Source: an uncultured Clostridium sp. (lineage in GTDB: Bacteria > Bacillota > Clostridia > TANB77 > CAG-508). From it: DNA of 64,000 bases. Every line of letters begins with the position of its first letter. The first letter of the stretch is position 1. The stretch is from contig CANTAQ010000004.1 of the NCBI GenBank assembly GCA_947651825.1, positions 1,606-65,605 on the forward strand, written 5' to 3'. The position numbers and the translations under genes were made by a program. The notes under the pieces were generated by a model. The model searched no databases. It was not told the DNA's origin and saw only the letters and a list, made by a program, of their open reading frames with translations. Shown piece by piece: positions 20,208-30,504 of this stretch.

Positions 20208-20450
20208 TTACCAACCTTTCTTTATTTTATCAAAGACAAAACCCAAAGACAAAAAAGCTACAAAAGCAGTAATACTAGTTTTTAATAATAATATACCACT
20301 TTCAAACCAAACATGAGATATTGGATTATATGTATATAAAAATAAGATATAACTTGAAAATATTGCAAGAAGGAAAGAAAATTTATAACCATTTTTCATA
20401 ATTTTTATAATTGAAGAATCTATATTTTTGAAATATTTAATAATACTCAT
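20208..20450 (-). CDS. Small hypothetical membrane protein (80 aa).
   Basis: Two hydrophobic helices; no other support. Confidence 0.35.
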   Translation of the reverse strand: MSIIKYFKNIDSSIIKIMKNGYKFSFLLAIFSSYILFLYTYNPISHVWFESGILLLKTSITAFVAFLSLGFVFDKIKKGW

Positions 20451-20849
20451 AATTGCGCCTCCTAAAAATATGTTAACATAATTTTAGAGCAAAATCAAAG
20501 GTAATTTAAGGAAATACTATAGTTTGATAGAATGATGTATTTTAAAGTCCGCCAAATCTCCTGCGTTTGGCTACTCTGTACCAAATTTCAGTAAAAGCAA
20601 ATCATTATAATTATTTGAAAACGAGCTCGAACAGCTAACGCTTCAAGGCAACGTAAATGCGTAGCATTTTTGCCGAAGCGATTCGCTTTAATGTTAGTTC
20701 TTATCGTGCCAATACATTTGTTGTATTCTCTTCAATTAAAGCGGGTGGAGAACGGAGTTTGAAAATAATTCATAATGATTTGTGATATTATCAATATTTT
20801 CCTCACACAAACTGCAATTTGTAGAATTTAAAACAATGAAATTTCTTTT

Positions 20850-21689
20850 TTAGTTAAATAGTTTAAGATACCGGCTATCAGTTGAGAAATTAAAAACAAT
20901 TTTATAAGAACAAAGTTCTTGAGTTTTTTTATTAAATTTTTTATTGATAGAGTTTATACCATATTTTCCATCACCAATAATAGGCAAATTAACATGAGCT
21001 AAATGTGCTCTAATTTGATGCGTTCTACCAGAAAATTCAAGAGTTACACTAAGTATGCTAGTATTATTTTTTATATCTTTTTCAATAACTTCATAAGATG
21101 TAATAATTTTTTTATAGCCAGTTTTTGGGATATCAGAAATATAAACCATAGATTTTTTTGTATCTTTAAATAAATAAGCTTCTAAGGTATCAGAGTTTTT
21201 ATGAGGAATACCATAAACCATACACTTATAGAATTTTTTTATTTCTTTATTTTTAAATTTTTGTAAAAGTATATCTAAAGTAATTTGATTTTTTGCAAAA
21301 AGAACTAAGCCAGTAGTATTTCTATCCAATCGGTGGCAAGGCTCTATAAATTCATAATTTTTCTTTAATAAAGTAGTTAATGTTTTCTCATTAGAAGTTA
21401 AAGTTACTACTTCTATATTAGAAGGTTTGTTAATTACTAGAATATTATCGTCTTCATAAACTTTTTCAAGATTAATATTTTTATATAAAAATTCATCAGT
21501 GATATAAACTGAAATAGTATCACCTTTATGAATAACAATATTTTCCCTTGTACGGACATTATTAATTCGAATATCTTTATTGCGAAGTGCTTTGTTTAGC
21601 ACATTTAAAGAAAGCTCAGGGAAAGAGTCTTTTATAAAATTTATTAATTTTTTATTATCATATTTTTCATTTACAATTAAAGTTTTCAT
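20850..21689 (-). CDS. rluD: RluA-family 23S rRNA pseudouridine synthase (RluD-like) with S4 domain.
   Basis: HRLDRNTTGLVLFAKN catalytic motif, N-terminal S4-like region. Confidence 0.85.
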   Translation of the reverse strand: MKTLIVNEKYDNKKLINFIKDSFPELSLNVLNKALRNKDIRINNVRTRENIVIHKGDTISVYITDEFLYKNINLEKVYEDDNILVINKPSNIEVVTLTSNEKTLTTLLKKNYEFIEPCHRLDRNTTGLVLFAKNQITLDILLQKFKNKEIKKFYKCMVYGIPHKNSDTLEAYLFKDTKKSMVYISDIPKTGYKKIITSYEVIEKDIKNNTSILSVTLEFSGRTHQIRAHLAHVNLPIIGDGKYGINSINKKFNKKTQELCSYKIVFNFSTDSRYLKLFN

Positions 21690-21783
21690 AACGAAATTAT
21701 ACTATAAACTAATGAAGATTTGCAAATCTTCATGAAACATGCTAGAATATAAAATATCTTTATGTTGAAGGAGGCTTCTATCT

Positions 21784-21954
21784 ATGTTATCAACCCTAGT
21801 GCAATTTTGTACGGAATGGATTGGAACGGACTACTCCTCGTGGTCTAAGCTTCTCGGATTTCTGATTATCCTACTAGTTATTGTAGGACCGAGAAAACTC
21901 TTAACTATCAGAAAAACTGGAGAGAATAAGTGGACCATTTTTTTTAAGAGATAG
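21784..21954 (+). CDS. Unlisted 56-aa small membrane protein with a TatA-like TM-hinge motif.
   Basis: GAAGGAGG RBS. MLSTLVQFCTEWIGTDYSSWSKLLGFLIILLVIVGPRKLLTIRKTGENKWTIFFKR. LIILLVIVGPRKL resembles the TatA TM-FGPxKLP hinge. Lies between two minus-strand genes and has its own terminator. Confidence 0.35.
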   Translation: MLSTLVQFCTEWIGTDYSSWSKLLGFLIILLVIVGPRKLLTIRKTGENKWTIFFKR

Positions 21955-21975
21955 AAATTTTGAACATAAGATAAA

Positions 21976-22003
21976 GGCGACCGAAAGGTCGCTTAAGGTT
22001 TTT
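21976..22003 (+). terminator. Terminator for the small + strand ORF.
   Basis: ggcgacc gaaa ggtcgc then ttaaggttttt. Confidence 0.55.
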
Positions 22004-22011
22004 ATAAAAAA

Positions 22012-24471
22012 TTATTTATTGAAATGACCGCAATATTCTTGCCCTTCTAATCTTTTTGAATCTCTAACTGTATTTATAATTTCTTGAATTTGATTTTCAT
22101 CTTCATCTAAAATGGAAATTCTAATAGAATCTACATCATAATTGGTATAATCGAATGATGTGATTTTTGAATTATAAATAGTAGTTATTGTAGATATATT
22201 ATCTGCTACAATTCTAAAATTTAAACCTAATCGGTCTTTTATATAGAATTTTTTATTTGAATTACAAAACTTAGAGCAGTTTTTATAACATTTATTTGAC
22301 TTACCAAGAATACAGTAATTCATTGTCATAAATGGAATCCTACCATAGACCATTAATTCTAGTGGTAAAGAAGATGTTTCTATCAAAGTTTTTGTGTCAA
22401 AATCATTTAATTCAGGTGTTATACAAGTTTCAATAATTCCTTTAGATTTTAAAGTGTGTATCGTATGAATGTTATATACATTTAATGTATAGTTTCCAAG
22501 TAACTCCAATTTATATTTTTTTAGCAACTCTACTTGGTTAATAGAAGATACAACAAAGCCAGCTATTTTAAAAGACTTAACTATAGTATCAAAGTTAATT
22601 TTAATAGTATCTCGTAATATATTTGGCATATAAATATATGTATTAAATGTTTGACATATTGTTTTTAATTTTTCGGAGTATTCTGAAAGTATAAAATATT
22701 TTAAAGGAATGAATAATCTATCAATTCCAGTTAAATTATAATAACTAAAGTTTTCATCTAAGACATTTAGTAATAAATTGATTTTCGGCTTAGAGGCTAA
22801 TTTACTGTTTAATGTATAAAGAGAAGTTAGAAGAGGATTAAATTTTAAATTTCTACTTAAAATTTCTTTTTCTATAATTCTTGACATTAATTCTTCTAAT
22901 GCATTTCTTCTAAGTTCATTTAAACTGCTAACAGGAACAAATAAATTGTCATCTAATTCTAATTCTATATCTTCAAATTGAAATGGTGTATTGCCAGTTT
23001 TAGAAATTTGAGTAATAATTTTTTCTTTTGTAGTTGCTACATTTAGTGCTTCACTTGGGATTACTTCAGATGTAACGGTTACTACTTCATTATAATATAC
23101 AGAATTAATATCATTACAATAAACTTCTAATTTCATAGGGACATTTTTTAAAATATATAATTTTGAGCAAAGCTTTTGTTTCCTAAATTCTTTATCTTCC
23201 TTAAAAGTAGGAGAGATAGAATCATTTAAAGTTTTGCTTTGAAGCTTATAAAGGTTTAATCCAGGCTTAATATTTCCCTTCATTCTTCCAATTGTAATAA
23301 TGTCTCCAACATTAGCCTTTTTAATATTTTGATTATTAGTCATAAGTTCAGAGACAGTGTAAGTATCCGAATTTATACCAACTTTATCTCCAATTTCAAG
23401 GGGAGAAGATGTCTTTAAAGTAATGTAACCTTTTACTGGATTAAACTTTTCTATTTTTCCAAGATAAAAGCCTATATTATTTGGTTTGTCTTGGAAAATA
23501 AGTTCTGTATTTGCAGTGTTATCAAGATGACCATTTGAAAATCCACCACGATTGAAAACTTGAGTTACTTCTTCTAAATCAGACATATTAGTATTTTCAT
23601 TTTTCTTTTCTAATTCTTTAGAAATAATATCTAAAATTTGTTCAGTAGAAAGATTAGGATTTTCTAAAGTTATATCTATATATTTACGGTAAAATTTCGT
23701 AATAATTCCAACATATTCAGGAGATTTTAGGCGACCTTCAATTTTAAAACATTTAACTCCAGCACGAATTAATTCAGGGAGATATTTAATAGCGTTTAAG
23801 TCACGAGGACTTAATAAATGGCCTTTATCTAAAGTATTGTTTTTTTCATCAATTAAAGTGTATGGGAGTCTACAAGGTTGAGCACAAAGCCCACGATTGC
23901 CAGATCTTCCTCCAATTATACTGGAAAATAAACATTGACCAGAATAACATATACAAAGAGCACCATGAATAAAAGTCTCAATTTCAACTTTTGTATTTTT
24001 ACAGATATCTTTAATTTCATTTATAGAAAGCTCACGAGAAAGTACTACTCTTTGAACTCCCATGTTTTCTAATTGCTTAACTCCAGTTAAGTTATGAGTA
24101 GTCATTTGGGTGCTGGCATGTACAGGTATTTCTGGATAATTTTTGATAAGATATTCTAATAATCCTAAATCTTGAATAATAATAGCATCTGCTCCAAAAT
24201 TATATACTTTTATGGCAAGCTTTACAGCATCTTCAAATTCTTCGTTTTTAATTAATATGTTTAAAGTGACATGTACTTTAACATTTCTAAGTTTTGCATA
24301 TTTAATTGCTTCTTTTAAAGTTTCATCATCAAAGTTTTTAGCTCTGGCACGTGCATTGAAACTATCTGTACCGAGGTACACACTGTCTGCACCATTTTGA
24401 ACAGCAGCTTTTAAACATTCAAAATCTCCACAAGGAGCAAGTAATTCTGGTTTTTCCATAAAATTCTCCAT
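22012..24471 (-). CDS. U32 family peptidase (collagenase-like, long form).
   Basis: N-terminal ELLAPCGDFECLKAAVQNGADSVYLG, typical of peptidase U32. Confidence 0.85.
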   Translation of the reverse strand: MENFMEKPELLAPCGDFECLKAAVQNGADSVYLGTDSFNARARAKNFDDETLKEAIKYAKLRNVKVHVTLNILIKNEEFEDAVKLAIKVYNFGADAIIIQDLGLLEYLIKNYPEIPVHASTQMTTHNLTGVKQLENMGVQRVVLSRELSINEIKDICKNTKVEIETFIHGALCICYSGQCLFSSIIGGRSGNRGLCAQPCRLPYTLIDEKNNTLDKGHLLSPRDLNAIKYLPELIRAGVKCFKIEGRLKSPEYVGIITKFYRKYIDITLENPNLSTEQILDIISKELEKKNENTNMSDLEEVTQVFNRGGFSNGHLDNTANTELIFQDKPNNIGFYLGKIEKFNPVKGYITLKTSSPLEIGDKVGINSDTYTVSELMTNNQNIKKANVGDIITIGRMKGNIKPGLNLYKLQSKTLNDSISPTFKEDKEFRKQKLCSKLYILKNVPMKLEVYCNDINSVYYNEVVTVTSEVIPSEALNVATTKEKIITQISKTGNTPFQFEDIELELDDNLFVPVSSLNELRRNALEELMSRIIEKEILSRNLKFNPLLTSLYTLNSKLASKPKINLLLNVLDENFSYYNLTGIDRLFIPLKYFILSEYSEKLKTICQTFNTYIYMPNILRDTIKINFDTIVKSFKIAGFVVSSINQVELLKKYKLELLGNYTLNVYNIHTIHTLKSKGIIETCITPELNDFDTKTLIETSSLPLELMVYGRIPFMTMNYCILGKSNKCYKNCSKFCNSNKKFYIKDRLGLNFRIVADNISTITTIYNSKITSFDYTNYDVDSIRISILDEDENQIQEIINTVRDSKRLEGQEYCGHFNK

Positions 24472-24602
24472 ATTTTAAAATATTAACTATAATTATAGTA
24501 TAAATTAATATATAGGTCAATAAATTATCATAATAACATCTTCCAAAATCTAGTAAACTGTGGTATAATAAATATCAAAACTTAAATGAAAAAGGGGACA
24601 TT

Positions 24603-27600
24603 ATGAACGATATTATAAAGGTATTACCAAACTATAAGAAGTTTAATGACTATATTGAAAATGTAAAAAACAAAACAAATCCGATTATGCTTTCAGGATT
24701 GACAGATAGTGGAAAAGTGCATTTTGCCTATTCCACTTACTTTTATGCAGAAAAGCCAATTTGTATAATAACATATAATGAAATGCAAGCGAAGAAAATA
24801 GTAAAAAATTTAGCTTATTTTACAGATAAAGTAGACTTTTTTCCTAAAAAGGAAATTATGGCATATAACTTTTTAGCTGAAAGTAAAGATATAGCATACA
24901 GCAGAATTTCTTGTTTGAATAATATTTATGATGGAAAGGCAAATGTAATAGTTACAACAATAGAAGCAGTAAGCCAAAAAATAATATCAAAAAAAGTTTT
25001 ATATAAAAACATAATAAACTTAAAGACAGGAGATACTTTAGAATTAGAAGAAATAAAAGAAAAATTGATAGCATTAGGATATGAAAGAGCAGAAATAGTA
25101 GAGAATAAAGCAGAGTTTAGTGTAAGAGGCGGTATTATAGATATAGCACTAACTGAGAAAGATGGAATAAGAATAGAACTTTGGGGAGACGAAATTGATT
25201 CTATAAGAACATTTAATATATCAAATCAAAGGTCTAAAGAGAAAATAGATAATATAAAAATATATCCAGCACATGAATATATATTAGAAAGAACTTTAGA
25301 AGAAATAGTAGAAAATATAGAAGATGAACAAGATAGAGAAGAAATTGAAGAAGGAAATTATATTTCAAAAATAGATAAATATTGGAATATTTTTTATGAA
25401 AATTCAAACAATACTTTTATGGACTATATAGAAGATAACTGTATAGTTTTCCTTGATGAAGTAGGAAAAATAAAGTCAAGATCGGAAAATATTATTAAGG
25501 ATACACAAAACTTAATAAAGAATTTAATTGAAAAGAAAAGGACAATTCCTCAAGTATTAGAGAAAACAGAAGATTATATAAAATTTATTGAGAGACTAAA
25601 GAAACTACAAACAATATATTTAGAAAGTAAAGATATTGGATTTGTAGATAAACAAAGTATGCATGCAAAAAGAAATGGATATAGCTTTAGCTATAGGGAG
25701 GTCAACTTTTTTCGTAGTTCAATGGATTTATTGTTTAAGGAAGTACAAGAGGGGATTGGAGCAGGAACAACAATAGCTATACTTTGTGGAACCCAAGAAA
25801 ATGTTAAGAGGGTAAAAGAACTATTAAAAGAAAAAATAACAAATGAAGCGCATCTAGAAAAGGTGTTAATTAAAGAAGGGACACTTACAGAGGGATTTGA
25901 ATGTTATGATTTTAATTTATTAGTAATTTCAGTAAGTGAATTATTTAATGTTCAGAAAAAAAGAAGAAAATCACCAGAACAATTCAAACAAGGCGAAACT
26001 ATTATATTTTCAGAATTGAAACAAGGAGATTATATTGTTCATAGGAGCAATGGAATAGGACAATTTGTTGGAATTAACACAATTAAAACAGATGGTATTA
26101 CAAAAGATTATATTAAAATAAAATACAAAGATGATGGAATATTATATATTCCTACAAGTAGCTTAGACAATATAAAAAAATATATAGGTTCAGCAGATAA
26201 AGCACCAACATTAAATAAACTAGGAAGTAAAGAATGGTCTAAGGCAAAAGCAAAGGTAAAATCTAATTTACAAGAAGTTGCTAAAGATTTAATAGAGTTA
26301 TATGCGCAAAGAGAAAAAGCAAAAGGGTATATGTTTTCTCCAGACACAGAATGGCAAAAAGAATTTGAAAATAAATTCCCATACATTGAGACAAATGATC
26401 AACTAAGAAGTATTGAAGAAATGAAGAAAGATATGGAAAGTGAAAAACCAATGGATAGATTACTTTGTGGAGATGTTGGTTATGGAAAGACAGAAGTTGC
26501 AATGAGAGGAGCTTTTAAAGCTTGCATGGATCAAAAACAGGTTGTATATCTTGTTCCAACAACGATACTTGCAACCCAGCAATATGAGACATTTAAAGAA
26601 AGAATGAAAGACTATCCTATAAATATAGAATTGTTAAATCGATTCATAAAACCATCAAAACAAAAGGAAATAATTAATGGATTAAAACTGGGAGAAGTTG
26701 ATATTGTAGTAGGTACACACAAATTATTAAATGATAATATAGAATATAAGAATTTAGGAATGCTTATAATAGATGAGGAACATAGATTTGGAGTAAAACA
26801 CAAAGAAAAAATTAAAAAGTTAAAACAAAATGTAGATGTACTTACAATGACAGCTACTCCAATACCAAGAACACTGCATATGTCTATAGTAGGAATAAGA
26901 GATATGTCATGTCTTTATGAGCCACCACAAGATAGAAGACCAGTAAAGACTTATGTATTAGAATATGATGAAGAAGTCATAAAGGAAGCAATAACAAAAG
27001 AATTAGAAAGAGATGGTCAAATATTTTATTTATATAATAACGTTGAAGGTATATCATCTAAAGCAGATAAAATATCAAAACTTGTGCCAGAAGCGAAAGT
27101 TGCATATGCGCATGGCAGAATGTCTGGAGAAGAAATCGAAGACATTATGATGAGATTTATAGACAAAGAAATAAATGTTTTAGCATGTACAACAATATTA
27201 GAATCTGGTATAGATATACCAAATGCAAATACTATAATTGTAGAAAATGCAGATAGATTGGGACTAGCACAACTGTATCAAATCAGAGGGAGAGTAGGAA
27301 GAGCAGATAAACAAGCATATGCATATATAACTTATAAAAGAGATAAATTAATAAATGAAGTAGCTTCTAAAAGATTAAAAGCAATAAAAGAATTTACTGA
27401 ATTCGGTTCAGGATTTAAAATTGCAATGAGAGATTTAGAAATAAGAGGAGCCGGAAGTTTGCTTGGAGAGATTCAACATGGACATATAGATGAAGTTGGA
27501 TATGATACATATTGTAAAATATTAGATGAAGTAATTAAAGAAAATAAAGGAATAAAGGTTGAAGAAGAAATAGACGTACTTATAGATATCAATGTTTCAA

Positions 27601-28004
27601 GCTATATACCTGATTCATATATAGAAAACAATAGTCAAAAGCTAGAAACATACAGAAATATTGCACTATGTAGAACAAAAGAAGATATTGAAAACATTAC
27701 AAATGAAATAGTAGATAGATATGGTAAAATTCCAGAAGAAGTAAAAAACTTGATAAGTGTTGCACAGATAAAAGAAGCTTGCAAAAGTTTAGGAATAATT
27801 AAGATAATGCAAAAAGGGCAAAATGTTGTATTTTATATAGAACAAGATAAACTTGAAATGGATGTACCAAAATTGGTAGAAAAGTATAAAAATAATATAA
27901 GATTCTCAACAGGAGTAACTCCATATATAACATATAAAATTCAAAATATGCAAAGGATAATACCAGAAATCAAGGAGGTTTTAGAAATTGACAATAACCA
28001 GTAA
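24603..28004 (+). CDS. mfd: Transcription-repair coupling factor.
   Basis: Superfamily-2 helicase motifs (GDVGYGKTEVA, DEEHRFGV) in Mfd architecture, 1133 aa. Confidence 0.95.
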   Translation: MNDIIKVLPNYKKFNDYIENVKNKTNPIMLSGLTDSGKVHFAYSTYFYAEKPICIITYNEMQAKKIVKNLAYFTDKVDFFPKKEIMAYNFLAESKDIAYSRISCLNNIYDGKANVIVTTIEAVSQKIISKKVLYKNIINLKTGDTLELEEIKEKLIALGYERAEIVENKAEFSVRGGIIDIALTEKDGIRIELWGDEIDSIRTFNISNQRSKEKIDNIKIYPAHEYILERTLEEIVENIEDEQDREEIEEGNYISKIDKYWNIFYENSNNTFMDYIEDNCIVFLDEVGKIKSRSENIIKDTQNLIKNLIEKKRTIPQVLEKTEDYIKFIERLKKLQTIYLESKDIGFVDKQSMHAKRNGYSFSYREVNFFRSSMDLLFKEVQEGIGAGTTIAILCGTQENVKRVKELLKEKITNEAHLEKVLIKEGTLTEGFECYDFNLLVISVSELFNVQKKRRKSPEQFKQGETIIFSELKQGDYIVHRSNGIGQFVGINTIKTDGITKDYIKIKYKDDGILYIPTSSLDNIKKYIGSADKAPTLNKLGSKEWSKAKAKVKSNLQEVAKDLIELYAQREKAKGYMFSPDTEWQKEFENKFPYIETNDQLRSIEEMKKDMESEKPMDRLLCGDVGYGKTEVAMRGAFKACMDQKQVVYLVPTTILATQQYETFKERMKDYPINIELLNRFIKPSKQKEIINGLKLGEVDIVVGTHKLLNDNIEYKNLGMLIIDEEHRFGVKHKEKIKKLKQNVDVLTMTATPIPRTLHMSIVGIRDMSCLYEPPQDRRPVKTYVLEYDEEVIKEAITKELERDGQIFYLYNNVEGISSKADKISKLVPEAKVAYAHGRMSGEEIEDIMMRFIDKEINVLACTTILESGIDIPNANTIIVENADRLGLAQLYQIRGRVGRADKQAYAYITYKRDKLINEVASKRLKAIKEFTEFGSGFKIAMRDLEIRGAGSLLGEIQHGHIDEVGYDTYCKILDEVIKENKGIKVEEEIDVLIDINVSSYIPDSYIENNSQKLETYRNIALCRTKEDIENITNEIVDRYGKIPEEVKNLISVAQIKEACKSLGIIKIMQKGQNVVFYIEQDKLEMDVPKLVEKYKNNIRFSTGVTPYITYKIQNMQRIIPEIKEVLEIDNNQ

Positions 28005-28773
28005 AGATAATGAAACCATAAAACATGTTCGTAAGTTAAAAGAAAAAAAGTATAGAGATGAGTATGGAGAATATGTTATTGAGGGAATAAAACTTATAAA
28101 TGAGGCAATTGAGGAAAATGCTAAGATTAAAACAATTTTAGTATGTGACAATTGTAAAAAACAAGAAAAAATAAATCAAAATTCAATGTATGAAGTTGCA
28201 AAACAAAATTGTTTGTATGTAGATGAAAAAGTATTTAATACAATTACAGATGTGCAAAATCCACAAGGGATATTAGCAGTAGTTGAGAAAAAAGGAGAAG
28301 AAAAAGAAATAAACTATAATGAAGATGTAATAGTAGTTTTAGATGATATACAAGATCCAGGAAATATTGGAACAATTTTAAGAACATTGGATAGCATAGG
28401 ATTATCTCAAGTAATAATCTCTAAAAAAAGTGGAGATGTATATAATTCAAAGGTAGTACGTTCTACAATGGGAGCAATATTTAGAGTTAAAATAATAGAA
28501 AGTGAAAATTTAGTAGAAACATTGAAGATAATAAAAAAACATAAATTTAAAGTTATATCAACAAGTTTAGATACTGATAAAAATATGTATGATGTGGAAT
28601 ATAAAAAAGTAGCAATTGTAATGGGAAACGAAGCAAATGGAGTTTCAAAAGAAATACAAGAGATGTCAGACGAAAAAATAAAGATTCCAATGATAGGAAA
28701 GACAGAGAGTTTGAATGTATCAGTAGCAACAGCTGTTGTATTATATGAATATGTAAGACAAAAGATAAAATAA
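27988..28773 (+). CDS. TrmH/SpoU-family RNA 2'-O-methyltransferase.
   Basis: SpoU methylase motifs (VVLDDIQDPGNIGTILRT; MGNEANGVS). Confidence 0.8.
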   Translation: MTITSKDNETIKHVRKLKEKKYRDEYGEYVIEGIKLINEAIEENAKIKTILVCDNCKKQEKINQNSMYEVAKQNCLYVDEKVFNTITDVQNPQGILAVVEKKGEEKEINYNEDVIVVLDDIQDPGNIGTILRTLDSIGLSQVIISKKSGDVYNSKVVRSTMGAIFRVKIIESENLVETLKIIKKHKFKVISTSLDTDKNMYDVEYKKVAIVMGNEANGVSKEIQEMSDEKIKIPMIGKTESLNVSVATAVVLYEYVRQKIK

Positions 28774-28903
28774 AAAAGTATTTTTGTAGCACACATATTT
28801 TTTCAAGAGTAAAAATGTTATAATAACATAAAATTTCGTTCACCAGTCTTTTTAAGTGAAACAAAATATGAATAAGTATTTTTATGATAGCAACTAATGT
28901 AAA

Positions 28904-28939
28904 AAACGCTTTAGCAATAATGCTTTAAGCGTTTTTTTT
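28904..28939 (+). terminator. Terminator after the trmH-like gene.
   Basis: aaacgctt ... aagcgttt stem then T8. Confidence 0.55.
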
Positions 28940-28967
28940 GTTGAACTCATTTTTATTAAATGATTAT

Positions 28968-29501
28968 CTATTTAATCAATAACTCTAACAAATTAGGATA
29001 CAATGTTTCTGCATTGCTTTTCCAATTATCTACAATCATTTTGGCTTGATCTCTTGAACCTGCGAAGGTTTTTATTTCAAAAATAATATTGTTATTTTCT
29101 ATGATTTTACAAACTACAGTGTATGAATTTTCACTTTGTGGAATGAATTCTGCTGTAACTGAACGTTCATTCTCCATAGCATGCAAATCTTCTTTTAAAT
29201 TATTATCAATTTGAAATTTAATAAAACCAGGTATTAAATCTTGTACTAAGTTAACTGCCTCTTTTCCATCAGATGTAAGTTCATATAAAACCTTGTTGTT
29301 GTCTGATAATCCTTTTAAAATATATTTATTATCTATTAAATCTAACAAAAATTGTTGAAAATAAAAATAATTCATATTTTGAAAAGATAATACTAATTTA
29401 TAGAAATCAGTATTTTCTAATGGTTCGTTGACCTTAGAAAGTAAATATAAAATTAATGCTTTATTTTCTGCCAAAGTTTCATTATCTGAAGCAAGTTTCA
29501 T
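28968..29501 (-). CDS. Hypothetical protein (conserved upstream neighbour of mraZ).
   Basis: ORF with an RBS only; no recognisable motif. Confidence 0.4.
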   Translation of the reverse strand: MKLASDNETLAENKALILYLLSKVNEPLENTDFYKLVLSFQNMNYFYFQQFLLDLIDNKYILKGLSDNNKVLYELTSDGKEAVNLVQDLIPGFIKFQIDNNLKEDLHAMENERSVTAEFIPQSENSYTVVCKIIENNNIIFEIKTFAGSRDQAKMIVDNWKSNAETLYPNLLELLIK

Positions 29502-29683
29502 GATATCCCCTTTCAATTTAAAACATTATACCATAATTGTTAGCAAAAACCAATATAAATAAAATTAAAATATTTTCAAAAAAATTAAAAAAAGTATTGA
29601 TTTTTAAAAAGATATGGTGTAAAATGACATCGAAGTGGAGGAAAGTGGTAAAAAGTGGTGACACAAAAAAGAGGTGAGAAAAC

Positions 29684-30115
29684 TTGTTAATTGGCGAATA
29701 TGAACACTCAATTGATGCAAAAGGCAGACTAATAATGCCAGCAAAATTGAAAGAGGACATCGGCGAAAAATTTGTAATCACAAAAGGACTAGACGGATGT
29801 CTATTTGTGTATTCACAAAAAGAATGGCAAGTTTTTGAAGAAAAATTAAGAACATTTCCACTTACCAACAAAGATGCTAGAGCATTAATAAGATTTTTTC
29901 TAGCAGGAGCCACTGAATGTGAAATAGATAAACAAGGCAGATTTCTTATATCAAGTAATTTAAGAGAATTCGCAGCCTTAGAAAAAGAAGTTGTAATTAT
30001 TGGAGTTCTAAATAAAATAGAAATTTGGAGCAAAGATAAATGGCAAAAATATAGCGAAACAGAAAATATGGAAGCAGATGAAATCGCTGAAAAAATGTCT
30101 AATTTAGGTATATAA
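29684..30115 (+). CDS. mraZ: Transcriptional regulator MraZ.
   Basis: [19 protein letters not shown], the conserved MraZ N-terminus; two MraZ half-domains. Confidence 0.9.
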   Translation: MLIGEYEHSIDAKGRLIMPAKLKEDIGEKFVITKGLDGCLFVYSQKEWQVFEEKLRTFPLTNKDARALIRFFLAGATECEIDKQGRFLISSNLREFAALEKEVVIIGVLNKIEIWSKDKWQKYSETENMEADEIAEKMSNLGI

Positions 30116-30504
30116 CTTGCAAAAGTTTATATAGATACAAAAGATTTTAAAAGTACAAAAGAACAGATTAAACAAAAGAATGAGAAAAACAAAAGAACCT
30201 ATGAGAGAAACTTAAAAATACAAAAGAATTAAAAAAGAACAAAAGAAAAAATTAAAAGAGATTTAACATAACAGATGAAAAATGCAGTCTAACACACTTT
30301 CAAATTTAAACAAAAGAAAGACTTACAAAAGATAAAATTTTAATATAGCAAAAGATACTGTATATAAAAACCAAAGAATAATAGTAGATACAAAAGTTAT
30401 AAATAAACACTAAAGACTTAAGTAAATACAAAAGTTACAACAGTTGGTATAACGGTGGTTTACCAACTGTTAAAAGTTTATTTCAAAATTAAGGAAAGAA
30501 TATA
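30116..30504. repeat. A/G-rich low-complexity spacer between mraZ and rsmH (ACAAAAG-type reiterations) ending in a perfect 11-bp hairpin at 30439-30471.
   Basis: acaaaagaa / aaagaac motifs are reiterated. Hairpin aacagttggta taacggtggtt taccaactgtt. Confidence 0.6.

Noticed and set aside
20460-20849. Possible RNase P RNA, tRNA or tmRNA in the GC-richer non-coding patch (prompted by AAAGTCCGCC resembling the RNase P P4 motif).
   Set aside because: It is too short and lacks the GGGCTCC continuation of P4. It has no cloverleaf and no tag-peptide reading frame.
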